Part shown: piece after piece, positions 1 through 10,441 of the stretch
Numbering within the stretch: the first letter of the stretch is position 1
Layout of the letters: each line of letters starts with the position of its first letter
Origin: Trichodelitschia bisporula
Taxonomy: Eukaryota
DNA length: 64,000 nucleotides
Direction: 5' to 3'
NCBI GenBank assembly: GCA_010356995.1
Contig: ML996705.1
Span: 632,539 to 696,538, forward strand
Notes under the pieces: generated by a model
Seen by the model: only the letters and a program-made list of their open reading frames with translations
Told to the model about the DNA's origin: nothing
The model's database searches: none
Position numbers and translations under genes: made by a program

Positions 1-3000
1 GATGCCGACGCCAGCTGCTTGCCGTCCGGCGAGAAGGCCACGGCGGAGACCGCATCCGAATGGCCCTCGAGCGTATTCAGCAAGGCATCCCAGTTGTCCC
101 TAACCTGCGGTAGTCTGGGCAGCCACAGAGGTATTTTGCTTTGAAACCGCCTTTTTACAAGACTTGCTGTCGGGGAAAATACCAGCGCGCTGCAATATGT
201 CTGCAAGGGAGCTAGTTCGATGGCTGACCGGTTGTAGAGGACAAACCGTTTCATGTCATGAACAAACTCCGATAGTCGGGGACACCTCTGCGCCTGAGCT
301 AAGTATCAGCCAAGTATCCCCACTCTGCTTTACGTCCAGCTTACCGATATCATGGACTCCAAAGACACGATGGCATGGAACCCTTCGGAAACCTTTTGCA
401 TCCATCCAAGCGCCTCAAGCCAATGAAGAAGATGCTCCTTCAGGAACTGATGAACTTCACCGTCATCGTTGAGCTGAGATCCACTCTTATGAAGATGCTG
501 TATCCAGTAGAGGCATGCATACTGCTTCTCAGAATGGAGGGAGCCTTCAACCTCATGACTGTCGACCTCGATCTTGAGTACTCCAGGCCGACCTATTCCA
601 AGCATGTCCTGCGTAAGGAAGTCAGACATGACCTGTATACATTTCGTGGCAAGGTCTTGATGCGCTTGCTTTTCATCGACCCAGAGACCTGTATCTCCGC
701 TTCTCTTCGAGTCGAGAAGGAAGTCGCGGAATGAAGGGTGATGTAAACGGAGTGCGTCATCTGGCTCCTTTGGAATGTCTAAAATGGCGTGAAGATCACC
801 CAGTGCCTGACCCACATTCTGGCCGAGTAGCCTGCTCAAGGACGGGATGGAAAGTGAATTGAACAGGATCACGATGCCTCCAAGCAGTTCCTTCAATGTG
901 GATCGCACCTCCTCTGCATCATCGCCTTCATATTTGGTAAGGGATTGGCGAAGAACAGTTGCATAGATCTCGTCGAGATGCTGCTCTGGCCCTTTCACAG
1001 TACTGTGGTTTTGATCGAGGATCAAGCCTAGTTTCTTGGGAGCCAATATTCTTCCTTCTTGAACAAAGCGGCATGCGGTTTCAGCCCAGATGAACAGGCC
1101 ACTGGCGTTCCAGACAAGAGAGTCGATGGCTTGCTCGCCTGGCCAATCCTTGTCAAAAGAGTGTTTGCGGGCTAAACGCTCGAGCTCGTGCCGTAGGAAG
1201 AAGCGGATATCATTGTCAACAGTCGACTTCTTAATGTCGTGGAGCACAAAGTCGAGGTGCTCGCTTATTGGCATTTCAGATAAAGGAAACCGGATTGGCA
1301 CTTCAGGTCTACTCGTTAAAAACAGCCGGAGCCGGGTTTTCTTCAGCAAGCGAAAGAGATCCAGAAGTTCCCCTATGTCGTCCTCGCCCTCGCATTCGTC
1401 CAGGGCATCGACCACCAGGATATGCGGAGTAGGGGAGGCGTCGCCTTCGAGCTTCGACATGGGACCGAGGATGAGATGGAGCCACTGACTGCGGATAGGC
1501 TCTTCAGTGATGGTATCCCGCTCCTTCAGAGCCTTGTAGAGAGACCGCTTTGCCCCCGGCACATTGTCTGCAAGTTGCGCTGCGATGCTTGTCACGAACT
1601 TGCCGGCATGCCGGACATCTGCGCCACTTCGCGAGAAGAAGAAGCTGGCTCCAAGTCTTCCCTTCTCAAAACATTCAGTGGCCAAAGTTTGAGCCACGGT
1701 GGACTTGCCGGTGCCAGCTAAACCACTCAACCAGAAAATATTTGGTGAATTCTCCCCGTAAGCCCAGGCGTATATCTCTTCGAGAAGTTCAACTCGGGTA
1801 CCAGTCAAGCAAGGCGATTCTTTCCGCTCGTATGGGTTGGATGGTGTGTCTGCAGCCCTGGGCAAATTTAGGAGCATTGCCGGCGCGGGTGGATCCTCTG
1901 GCATCTCGACTTTAACCGGCGGGAGCAACAACAAAAGCTCTTTAGCGTACGCTGCCGCCGTCCCCGCCGCGTACGGCTGCCAGCTCTTGTTCTTGTGAGA
2001 GTCCGAGTAGTCGCAGATCCCCCGCACAGGCAGGCATGGAAAACTGTTCATCACCCCGGCGGCTTCCATTTCGAAGCACAGGACGCCTCCGAGTTTCTTG
2101 CTGACTTTGTCGCGTTCCTTGGCATCGCGCATGACTTGATTCCCCGAGGCGATCGTACCGTAGTGAACCACGATATGTTCACCACGCGCCCGGCGTCGCA
2201 CGACGTAGTCCTCCTCGCATTTGTCGCAGTGTTCCTCTCCCTTCACATGGTTGTACATAGGGTCGTATAGGACGTCCGGCCCGGCCTTGTCGCGAGCGAA
2301 AAGGGACTGGTTGCTGAGCTTTGCAAGATAATCTAGGAAACCAACTCTTCCTGATAGATGGTTGGCTTGCAGACACGCTACCGCGTTCAGCAAGTCTAGC
2401 GGGGGTGAGTTCAGAAATCCAGTTCGTTCAGCCCCATCCTGTGTAGTCTTGCCAAAGTCGTACTGGATCACTCCGCCACAATCCTTGGACGGGTGGCAAA
2501 CAATAACGTCCCCAAGCCGAATGTCGTCTTTTGCGCTCGGCACACCGCCTCCGATGCCGACCATGACTCTGAGTCGAACTGAAGGGAAGGTTGCCTGCAT
2601 TCGAGCAACCGCCGAGGCCGCCGAGTTTGTACCCATCAGCCCCAAGACCAATATGACCGTGTTGTGTTTACCAATGCAGCCTAACGTGTAGTTGTTGGGA
2701 TCGGACGCGTCTTGGGGGAGACATTGGTGCTCCTCGTCTAGCATCTCCCGGGCTGCCACGAGTTCAATCGAGAGCGCGCAAATCCATCCTATTGTGTAAT
2801 CTTCGTGACGAAGTCGGCGGACTGGCTCTCTATTGGTGGCTCTCTGAAGGGCAAGTGGTAAAGATGAGGTCTGGCTGACACTGCTCGCGGGGGGAGCAGT
2901 CGCGGGGGGAGCAGGCGCGGGAGTGTTGCCGGCAAGAGGTGAGGAGGGCCGCGAAAGGCTGGAAGAGGCACGAAAGTGGCCCTGTGTCCGGATCCGCTTT

Positions 3001-3011
3001 GCAGGTGGCAT
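1..3011 (-). CDS. NLR-like protein, PNP_UDP nucleoside phosphorylase - NACHT - WD40 (HET-E/NWD type); 3' end runs off the window
   Basis: PNP motifs YTIGWICAL, MVGIGGGVP, IRLGDV, CFEMEAAG, RGICDYSDSHKNK. NACHT P-loop GLAGTGKST and Walker B VVDALDEC. Intron 344..294 (GTAAGC..CTGAT..CAG) continues the frame into FVHDMKRF..APLQTYCSALVFSP and a first WD repeat LEGHSDAVSAVAFSPDGKQLASA at the edge. Confidence 0.93.
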
Positions 3012-3026
3012 CTTGGAAATAATGAT

Positions 3027-3277
3027 TCAAGTCAAAAAATTGCGGACTTGTGAAAATACAGGAGCGGAACTCGAGGTTAGAGGCGAGACTTTGAGGCTTC
3101 CGGCTGAACTCAACTGCGGGGGCAGATTGCCAAGAATGAGGCTGTGAACTGTCGAACGCGGAGGGGGAGGACGAGATTGGAGGAGAGACAGCCACATGCT
3201 ACGGGGAATCAAGTTCTCCTACCAACTGATCAGTTCATAGACGAAGACTTCGCTGGAGGACATACCCGGTTGTTCAT
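3027..3277 (-). promoter_or_regulatory. Putative spliced upstream ORF / 5'-leader intron of the NLR gene
   Basis: A 47-nt GTATGT..ACTGAT..TAG intron (3265..3219) joins ATG 3277 in frame to the 3212..3027 ORF, which stops 15 nt before the NLR ATG. Confidence 0.4.
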
Positions 3278-3787
3278 CCATGTGCACCGCCCACGCTGCC
3301 TGCGTCGTCTATGCCCGCGTTGTAGGTGCTGTACGGGATATCGAGACTGACCAGGGCTCGAGCATAAACAGGCTCGGGAGGATGCCGGAGTGGCGGTCAT
3401 GGTTTTGGGCGGGAGTTTGGCAGCACAGTGAGGGACAGAGGGGGCATACAGACTGTTCTGATGGAGGAGATACGTAGTTGATTCTGTAGAAGAGGTGGCC
3501 GGATAATGTGTGAGATGGGTGTTAGCAAGCGTCCTGGTACTGGATTAAAGGCTCGATTGGAGTTGAGCAGACGACATCGTATCAGTCATGTTGTATCGTG
3601 TCGTCAGCGCGGGACTCTAGAAACATACAGTACCGTGGAACAACTGAGCCCGCGGGAGCGTGCGGCCATTCCAACTGCGAAGGAAAGGCCTCATCCCCAT
3701 CGAGGAGAAACGATTGTCCATCCACAATTCCACAACTTGTCGTCAACAGACCAATATTGGCAAAATGTTGAAGTGATAGACGGCGCC

Positions 3788-4483
3788 TAGCTTCCCCTCG
3801 AACTAGCCTAGCGGCTCCTCCCGTCTATCAAGCGGCCCCATGTGGCCCGTATCTATCGCATTCCCGGCCTCGCAAGTACTCCATTCCACCACCTCTTCGT
3901 TTGCGAATAAACCGCGCCCAGCTCTCCCCTCATCGGATGGGCTATCGGAAATCACCTAGGCATACCCGCAGCAAGTCACGCCGCGCAAAGCCTTACGTAT
4001 CAGCGTATCGCTCCCAGTGTGCAAACCTTCACCGGCAACTACCCTACCGCCCCCCGCACCTACACACCGCCCATCTAGCAACCTCTCCCGCACAGCCCCT
4101 CCTGCGGCCTAACGGATAACCTCTACTACCACCAGCAGCTGCAGCAACTCATCCGGTGGTCGGAAGCAAAACTACCCGCAGTTCCCGACCCCCCGCAGCA
4201 CCGCCGAAACCACCGCCAGTTCGTGACCCTCGCACCTCCCTACTCCCACTTCTCGTCTAGGTGCCCCGCAGAACCCATACTCACCCACGTCCTAACCCTG
4301 ACCCACCGTGGCTTCGTCCATAGCACTGGCCCCCCCTCGGAAGCCAGCCTAATCACCGACGCCACCTCCCTGTTGGCCAGCACGCTGCCCCTCCTCCCGA
4401 AACGGCTCCTCCCGCGCTCCCAATATCTGGCGCCACGAACGTGTGCTACCCGTGCGGTACATTACGGTCGCCAATCAACTTAA
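3788..4483 (+). pseudogene. Degenerate gene relic, possibly F-box-like at its start
   Basis: One frame reads *LPLELA*RLLPSIKRPHVARIYRI... for about 230 codons, interrupted only by TAG/TAA stops. Confidence 0.3.
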
Positions 4484-5156
4484 CGCCCAGCAGCAAGCCC
4501 TCGTACGCCCCCGTCCTCATCCGCCAGCGAGCCCGACACGCCCGCCTCAATGCCCCATGCGAGCTAAGTAGACGGTCTGTGCTCGGGCAGCGTGGCTGCT
4601 AGGGCGAGATCAGGCGAAAAGGTAGGCGAGGCAAGGGGTAAAGCGAGATGAAGAAGTGGGCAAGACGAAGGCGCGGGCGAAACGAAGGGGTGGGCGAGAT
4701 GAAAAAGCGGCATGCGGGAGGACGCATTGAGGCGGCAGCGATGGAGAGACCCAAGAGGGGCACGAGGCGGAAGCTAGACAAAGTGGCGTAGGGCTGATTC
4801 TCGATGCGGGGGTAAGCCGCTTTTTAGATTTTCTAATTCATATAATTCGTCCGCTGGAATTTGCTAGCCATCAACAGGGATACTGAACACTCTAAGCGCC
4901 CGACTTCTTGGAAGCCTACGTTGAGGAAATCTGACGCTAGAACCGCCGTTACAAGCCGCCGGATTTGGCGGCTATTTTCCCGGGTACACAGGTATATGTC
5001 TGTGACCTATGGCCGTATGTGCTTGATGATAATGGGAGCAAATATACATGGAGCAAACTGACAGGCTTAGGATCGAGAACGCGATCGAGTTGGAAAGGCA
5101 AGGGGCCTTGCGGCACAGTACTATCTCATTCAACATATTTACACCTTCAATTACAC

Positions 5157-6623
5157 CTAATACTCCATCGCCTCCTCAAACAACCCCCTCAACTGCTCCC
5201 TCTGCACCTCATCACTCCCATCCTCCAAACTCGGCGCCAGCATCAACACCCTCCGCTGCGGCACCGTCCCCTCAACCAACATATCAATATCCCCCTCCCT
5301 AAACCCCAACTCCTTAAGCCCCCTCGGCTGCCCCCCCAACTTCGCCAAAAACTCCTTTAACGCCTCACTCAACACCTCCCCCGCACTCTCCTCCTTCACT
5401 CCACTAACATCCACCCCAAACGCCTCCGCGGCCGCCAAATGCCTAGCCGGATTACTAGGCCCCGTGAACCGGAACACAGCCGGCGCAGTCACGGCCACAC
5501 TCACCCCGTGCGGGATGATAGGGTAATCGAGTTCGTACCCCTCGTGCCGGTGTCCGGGATTCTGTCCGCTGATCGGGTAGCTCATCCCGTGGCACAGGTG
5601 CACGCCCGCGTTTCCGAACCCCACGCCAGCCAGCGTTGCCGCGAGCAGCATTTGGCTCTGCGCCTCGTGGTCGTCTGGGTCTTGCACCGCGCGGGGGAGG
5701 TACTTGACCGTCGAGCGCAGGGCCTGGAGCGAGAAGATATCGGAAATCGGGTTTGCGCCTTGGTATGCGGGCCGATTTATGGGATTCGTGGGCCGGGGCA
5801 CGCGCTCGTGGAAGGGGATCGCGGTCCAGGATTCTAGGCTGTGGCACAGGACGTCGAGGCCTGAGGAGGCGGCGACGGCGGACGGCATGGTGCGTGTGTT
5901 CAGCGGATCGCAGAGTCCGAGCGTGGGTTTCAGCGCGCGGTGCGCGACGCCCGTTTTTGCGCGGCTGGCGACGTGGTCGAAGATTGCGGTGCCAGTTGTT
6001 TCGGAGCCTGTGCCGGCGGTGGTAGGGACGGCGATGAGGGGGAGGAGGGGCTTTGTGACCGGCAGACCTTTGCCGAGCGGCGCATTGACGAAGTCCAGGA
6101 AGTCGGCTTCAGGGAAACAGGTGTATAGATTCATGAGCTTCGCCGTGTCGATAACAGACCCGCCCCCCACAGCGACAAACGCGTCAGGCTTAAACGCCTT
6201 ACTCGCAGCCACAGCCTTAAGCACGCTGCTATCCTTCGGCTCGACGCGGACTTCATTATACACCTCGTACTTCACGCCCTCGGCGTCCAGCGCCTGGCGC
6301 ACTTGCGCCATGGCCGTGAGTTTATCGACTGTCGCGTCTGTGACGACCATCACGCGCTTCGCGCCTAGGTTCGTGACGTCCATGCCAACTTCGCGCGTGC
6401 ACCCGGGCCCGAAGCGGATGCTGCTGGCCGCCATTTCGAACGCGTATTCCTTCTGCCGAGCCGCATCGACGGGGGTCGCGAGATGGCGGGCCAGGGACGG
6501 CGGGGCATGGTGGTGGTGTGCGGGGTTGGAGTGGCAGGGGCAGGACGGGGGGTGGGCCTGGATGTGGCGGAGGAGGTTGAGGGCGGAAGTCGCGCGCGAG
6601 GGGGGAACGCGGATGAGAGGCAT
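5157..6623 (-). CDS. ADHFE1: Hydroxyacid-oxoacid transhydrogenase (iron-containing ADH family), probably mitochondrial
   Basis: KEYAFEMAASSIRFGPG, GGGSVIDTAK, PTTAGTGSETTG, DVLCHSLES, GVHLCHGMSYPISG. Likely start MPLIRVPP at 6623. Confidence 0.93.
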   Translation of the reverse strand: MPLIRVPPSRATSALNLLRHIQAHPPSCPCHSNPAHHHHAPPSLARHLATPVDAARQKEYAFEMAASSIRFGPGCTREVGMDVTNLGAKRVMVVTDATVDKLTAMAQVRQALDAEGVKYEVYNEVRVEPKDSSVLKAVAASKAFKPDAFVAVGGGSVIDTAKLMNLYTCFPEADFLDFVNAPLGKGLPVTKPLLPLIAVPTTAGTGSETTGTAIFDHVASRAKTGVAHRALKPTLGLCDPLNTRTMPSAVAASSGLDVLCHSLESWTAIPFHERVPRPTNPINRPAYQGANPISDIFSLQALRSTVKYLPRAVQDPDDHEAQSQMLLAATLAGVGFGNAGVHLCHGMSYPISGQNPGHRHEGYELDYPIIPHGVSVAVTAPAVFRFTGPSNPARHLAAAEAFGVDVSGVKEESAGEVLSEALKEFLAKLGGQPRGLKELGFREGDIDMLVEGTVPQRRVLMLAPSLEDGSDEVQREQLRGLFEEAMEY

Positions 6624-7391
6624 TGTAGGTGATGTTGTGGAAGAGGTGAGAGTTCGAGGCCGAGATGATATGGCGCTCGGGTTCGGCGACGGCGCGGGCG
6701 GGGAATAGCCGACGGCAACGGCAATGGAAACGGGATTCCTTTTGTCATTGTTTTGGTGAGTGGCTGACGGTGCGGGGCGACGCTGGCCAAAGGGACCGAT
6801 TACAGGTTCGTGGCTTGCCGTGAGGGGCATCGGTCGGGGCACGTGCGGGGTAACCGGGAATAGTAAGTGGGGCCTGGTACTCCGTATTCCCGATGAACTG
6901 GACAGGAAGCTCTACGCGATGATTGGTATCTACATCCGTATCTACCGTACATTATTTTGCAGGAATTCATCCAGATGGGCAGGGTAGAAGTGTGAATTCA
7001 AAGGCGGTCATGAAATGTCGAGTTTCTCCAGATCTTTTCGCGTACGGAGTAGATGGAGAGCAGGAAGCTGGCCATGGACTTAAGGTAAGTTCATCCTGAG
7101 CATCTGTAGATGGGTTCGAATTCCATGGCTCAAGAAATCTTTCGGCCACTCACGGGTTATTACTTCGTACAACACGACAACTTGACTCCTTCACCTAGGG
7201 ACCACTTGAGAATGTCGTGGCCGCTCCGTCCACGAAGATTCCGAGACAATGTGGCTATGGTCTTTTCGGGTGGCCCTTATCCCGAGCGTCTCTCTCTCTC
7301 TCCTCCTCCTCTCCTCCTCTCTTCCTCTTTCATCAAACTCTTCACTTAACGCCGTAGCCATTACACCTGCCTCCATTATCCCTTCCCCAAG

Positions 7392-8363
7392 CTAGTCGTA
7401 AAAGTTCCCACGTATCTTACCCACCAGATGCGCCCCGTACTCAACCGCCTCGTACTTCGCCACGCCCCCCGTCCGCGCTACACACGTCGGAAGCGGCTCA
7501 ATCCGCGCATCGAAATTCGGCTCGAAGAAAAACGGACAGCTAACCCTGTAACTAGCCCCGCGATGCTCAACGCGGTGCACCGTACTCTTCCACTCCCCGT
7601 TCGTGAGCCGCTCGAGCATGTCTCCAATATTAACTACGAACGCACCCTCGACCGGCGTCACCGGAAGCCACGTCCCGTCCCGGGATTGGACGAGGAGCGA
7701 GTCCGGCACGGGCGAGGCGAGGAGCAGGGTTAGAAGGCCGTAGTCCGTGTGCGCGCCGCAGGAGGAGGATGATGCAGAGGAGGGAGGGAGGGGGGGATAC
7801 CCGATCATGCGCAGGACCCAAAAACTTTCGCTCGTGGCGGCGTGGAGGGAGGCTGTTTCCTCGGGCGTGAGGTCGAGGGCCAGGGCTACGGCGCGGACGA
7901 GTGCGGCTCCGAGATCCAGGCAGCGGTCGACGTATTCACGCAGCAGTTCGGCGAGCGTAGCCGGGGTGTGCGGGTAGAGATTCGGGCCGGTTAATAGCGC
8001 GTCGGAGGTTGGGGGGGGGAGGTGCGCGGGCCACGGCCGGTAGAAGTCGATTGCTTCTTGCCAGTCTGCTTGTCCGCCCGTGATGTTTTCGCCGAGGCGC
8101 TGGTAGCCGCGCGCGTTGTCGCCGAGGGGTGGGGGGAGGCGTTTTAGGGCTTGTTTCTCGGCGGCGGGGGCGGTTTGGAAGAATTCTGCGGTGCGGGAGA
8201 GGAGGGAGGAGAGGAAGGTAAGTGGGATGGCGTGGTCGGTGAGGTGGAAGAAGCCGTAAGAGATGCAGGCTTGCCGGAGGGCGGAGGCGGTTTCGAGTTG
8301 GGCGGGGGTGGGGCTGGGGGTGGGGGTGAGGAAGGGGACAAGGGATATTGTTGGGAGGGACAT
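7392..8363 (-). CDS. 2-oxoglutarate/Fe(II)-dependent dioxygenase (IPNS/DIOX_N-like)
   Basis: ACISYGFFHL, HxD motif GAHTDYGLLTLL, VVNIGDMLERLTNG, STVHRV, RxS motif RVSCPFFFEP. Intronless, 323 aa. Confidence 0.92.
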   Translation of the reverse strand: MSLPTISLVPFLTPTPSPTPAQLETASALRQACISYGFFHLTDHAIPLTFLSSLLSRTAEFFQTAPAAEKQALKRLPPPLGDNARGYQRLGENITGGQADWQEAIDFYRPWPAHLPPPTSDALLTGPNLYPHTPATLAELLREYVDRCLDLGAALVRAVALALDLTPEETASLHAATSESFWVLRMIGYPPLPPSSASSSSCGAHTDYGLLTLLLASPVPDSLLVQSRDGTWLPVTPVEGAFVVNIGDMLERLTNGEWKSTVHRVEHRGASYRVSCPFFFEPNFDARIEPLPTCVARTGGVAKYEAVEYGAHLVGKIRGNFYD

Positions 8364-8599
8364 TGGTGTGCTTTATGGAAGTTGTTTGGGGATGGGCGCG
8401 GGGTGATTTTCGTGGTGGAGAGGGTGGTGAGGGCAATGGCGCTGGTATGTTGATGGGACGTGGGATTGGTGGTGATGGTGCGGGGTGAGGTTGTGCAAGG
8501 CGGGGTTTTTGGGGAGTACGGGTCACTGCGTCGAGGCTGAGACATGGTCGTGGTTTTGAGGCCACGAATGAGACTGTAACTGAACTATCTTTTAGGTAG

Positions 8600-9608
8600 A
8601 TCTTCTGACGTAGTCCGTGGTAGTGATAATACCAATCCCCATTCCTTACAATGGCCTGCATTGCGACATGGGTCGCTTCGCTATCCGTGTAGACGGCAGC
8701 GAGGTCCTTCAGGACCGATACACTCTGAATACCTCCAGCGGAGGCCTGCCGGCCCGCGCCTGGGTTCTGGGGCGAATCTAGTCCCGCCGCGGTCTTTCAA
8801 CCCGGTCCGATTGAGAGGAGTATAGTAGGGACTGCATCTTGCCCGTACTGGCGGATAAAATCCGCCCAAGCCGCCATCGCCGGATTGTTCTCGCGAATGC
8901 CTCCATCTTTATAGACCACTTTTTTGCCGTCATCGGTAACCTCCAGCGGTGCAAAGAAAAACGGGGTTGTATTTTGGTAGCCACCATGGGATCTCCCCCC
9001 AAGGCTTGAGGGCCGTAGTCCTCAGGACATGGGCCCTTTTTGGGCTCAGTACTGATCGCTGTCAGGCACGCGGCGCCACATATGGTCCCTTGGGACCAAG
9101 AAAAGCAATCGCCCCCGTTACAGCGGGAGTGCTGTGGGCATACTTCGCTCACCAAACGGCGAACCGCCGCTTCTAGAGGTTGGTGGCGCCATTTTGACGT
9201 GAAGGGGAAAAATAGGCGCCTCCTGCCGCCGAAAAGTTCGTTGCCGATCACGCGGTAGGCGTCCAGACATGACGAGACAGTGAGCCGTAGCCTCCTAAGC
9301 AACACTGCTACCAGCCCGCCAGTGCTGGTGCCATATATGGCGTCAAAGTAGACAGCGGGAAGCAGGGCTTCTCTGCTGAATACCTGCCTTTGGTGTGGAT
9401 GCTTTTCTAGCTCGATGCGTTTCTCCTCCCCGGCGACCTCGTCTATCAGCTCCTTGAGGAGCAGGAGGCTGGCGAAGCCCCAGATCACGCCCCGGTCCAA
9501 CGTTAAGATGGACGGAGTCCAGTGCCCCGTGCGGTCGAGGGGGATGGACGAGGGGGGAACCGCCCGGGTATGGACTGGGTCTTGGAGAGGGGGTGGGCCG
9601 GTGGACAC
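8600..9608 (-). pseudogene. Patatin-like phospholipase pseudogene
   Basis: Damaged Gly loop ILTLDRGVIWG (canonical LDGGGIRG) and intact GTSTGG. The catalytic DGGIRENNP (from 8907) and LLSIGPG* lie in a different frame, with a stop at 8799..8797 followed by patatin-like LKDLAAVYTDSEATH..WYY. Confidence 0.85.
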
Positions 9609-10323
9609 ACAGCTAATAGATGTCGGTTCCTGCTAACCTGCTCGGCGAAGACATATTTTGGTGGCTCGGCCTGAAACCTCTCAAGTTACTCGGGTATCCA
9701 GGTTTCTTTTAGTCGGACGTCGACTTGGGTCCGGCCGCGAGGAGCACGGATTGCCGTACACACGAGATGTGGATCTGCCGGCCATTTAGTTCACATGTAG
9801 CCCTTCGGGACAGCCATCATGAAGATGACGATGACTAGAGATCCGAACATACCTTTCTGCAGCATTATGGTCAGGTCGTGCTCAGAGGATGTAAACAGGC
9901 GCTGCCCTTCAGTCACTGAGACTCTTGATCGATATTCGTAGACGAGGATGGGCCCTCTGTTGGAAGGGTCAAGTCCAGAGAAGATGTCCAGAGATGAGCT
10001 TCCAGCTGATATTGATATAGTGTGATAGGCAAGGGAGAAACATATCGGTTATGTTATCTAGGAACGGGCTCGAAGTTAATATACAAAGGTACACGTCACT
10101 AGCGACAATAATTTGGGACGGGAAGTAGCTTGACCCAAGGGACGCGACTGCCCAAGCTACGGTGGGGAGTTGTACGTAGTACCGGTGTTCTGAGCCATGT
10201 AAAGGCTTAGTTCTAGCTGGGGTGCCCTCGAGACTGTATACTTGATGCCAGGTACCATCTATGCTCCTTCCTCCCATCATGTGCCTTCCTGACATAACAA
10301 TGCTTCTTCCTCATGTCTACAGC

Positions 10324-10389
10324 ACCAAGTGCGAGGCGGTTGAGTATAGGACACTTAATGGCAAGATACGAGAGAACTTTTACGATTAA
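10324..10389 (+). repeat. Inverted, diverged copy of the last ~22 codons of the 2OG oxygenase gene (7460..7392)
   Basis: Reads TKCEAVEYRTLNGKIRENFYD* versus AKYEAVEYGAHLVGKIRGNFYD*. Shared DNA blocks CGAGGCGGTTGAGTA, AAGATACG and GAACTTTTACGA. Confidence 0.85.
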
Positions 10390-10441
10390 ATTCGGAGGCA
10401 AGCCGCCTCCCATATGCTAGCTAAACCACGCTCATAACGCG

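Noticed and set aside
5157..6842. 561-aa version of the HOT ORF starting at 6842
   Set aside because: It starts at a non-ATG codon. The first ATG, at 6623, gives a typical presequence.
5157..8363. Metabolic link between HOT (makes 2-hydroxyglutarate from 2OG) and the adjacent 2OG oxygenase
   Set aside because: Adjacency is the only evidence, and the current arrangement may result from an inversion.
10213..10413. CPILNRLAL resembling a hAT transposase dimerisation motif
   Set aside because: It is the antisense reading of the duplicated 2OG gene tail. No other transposase motifs or terminal repeats are present.
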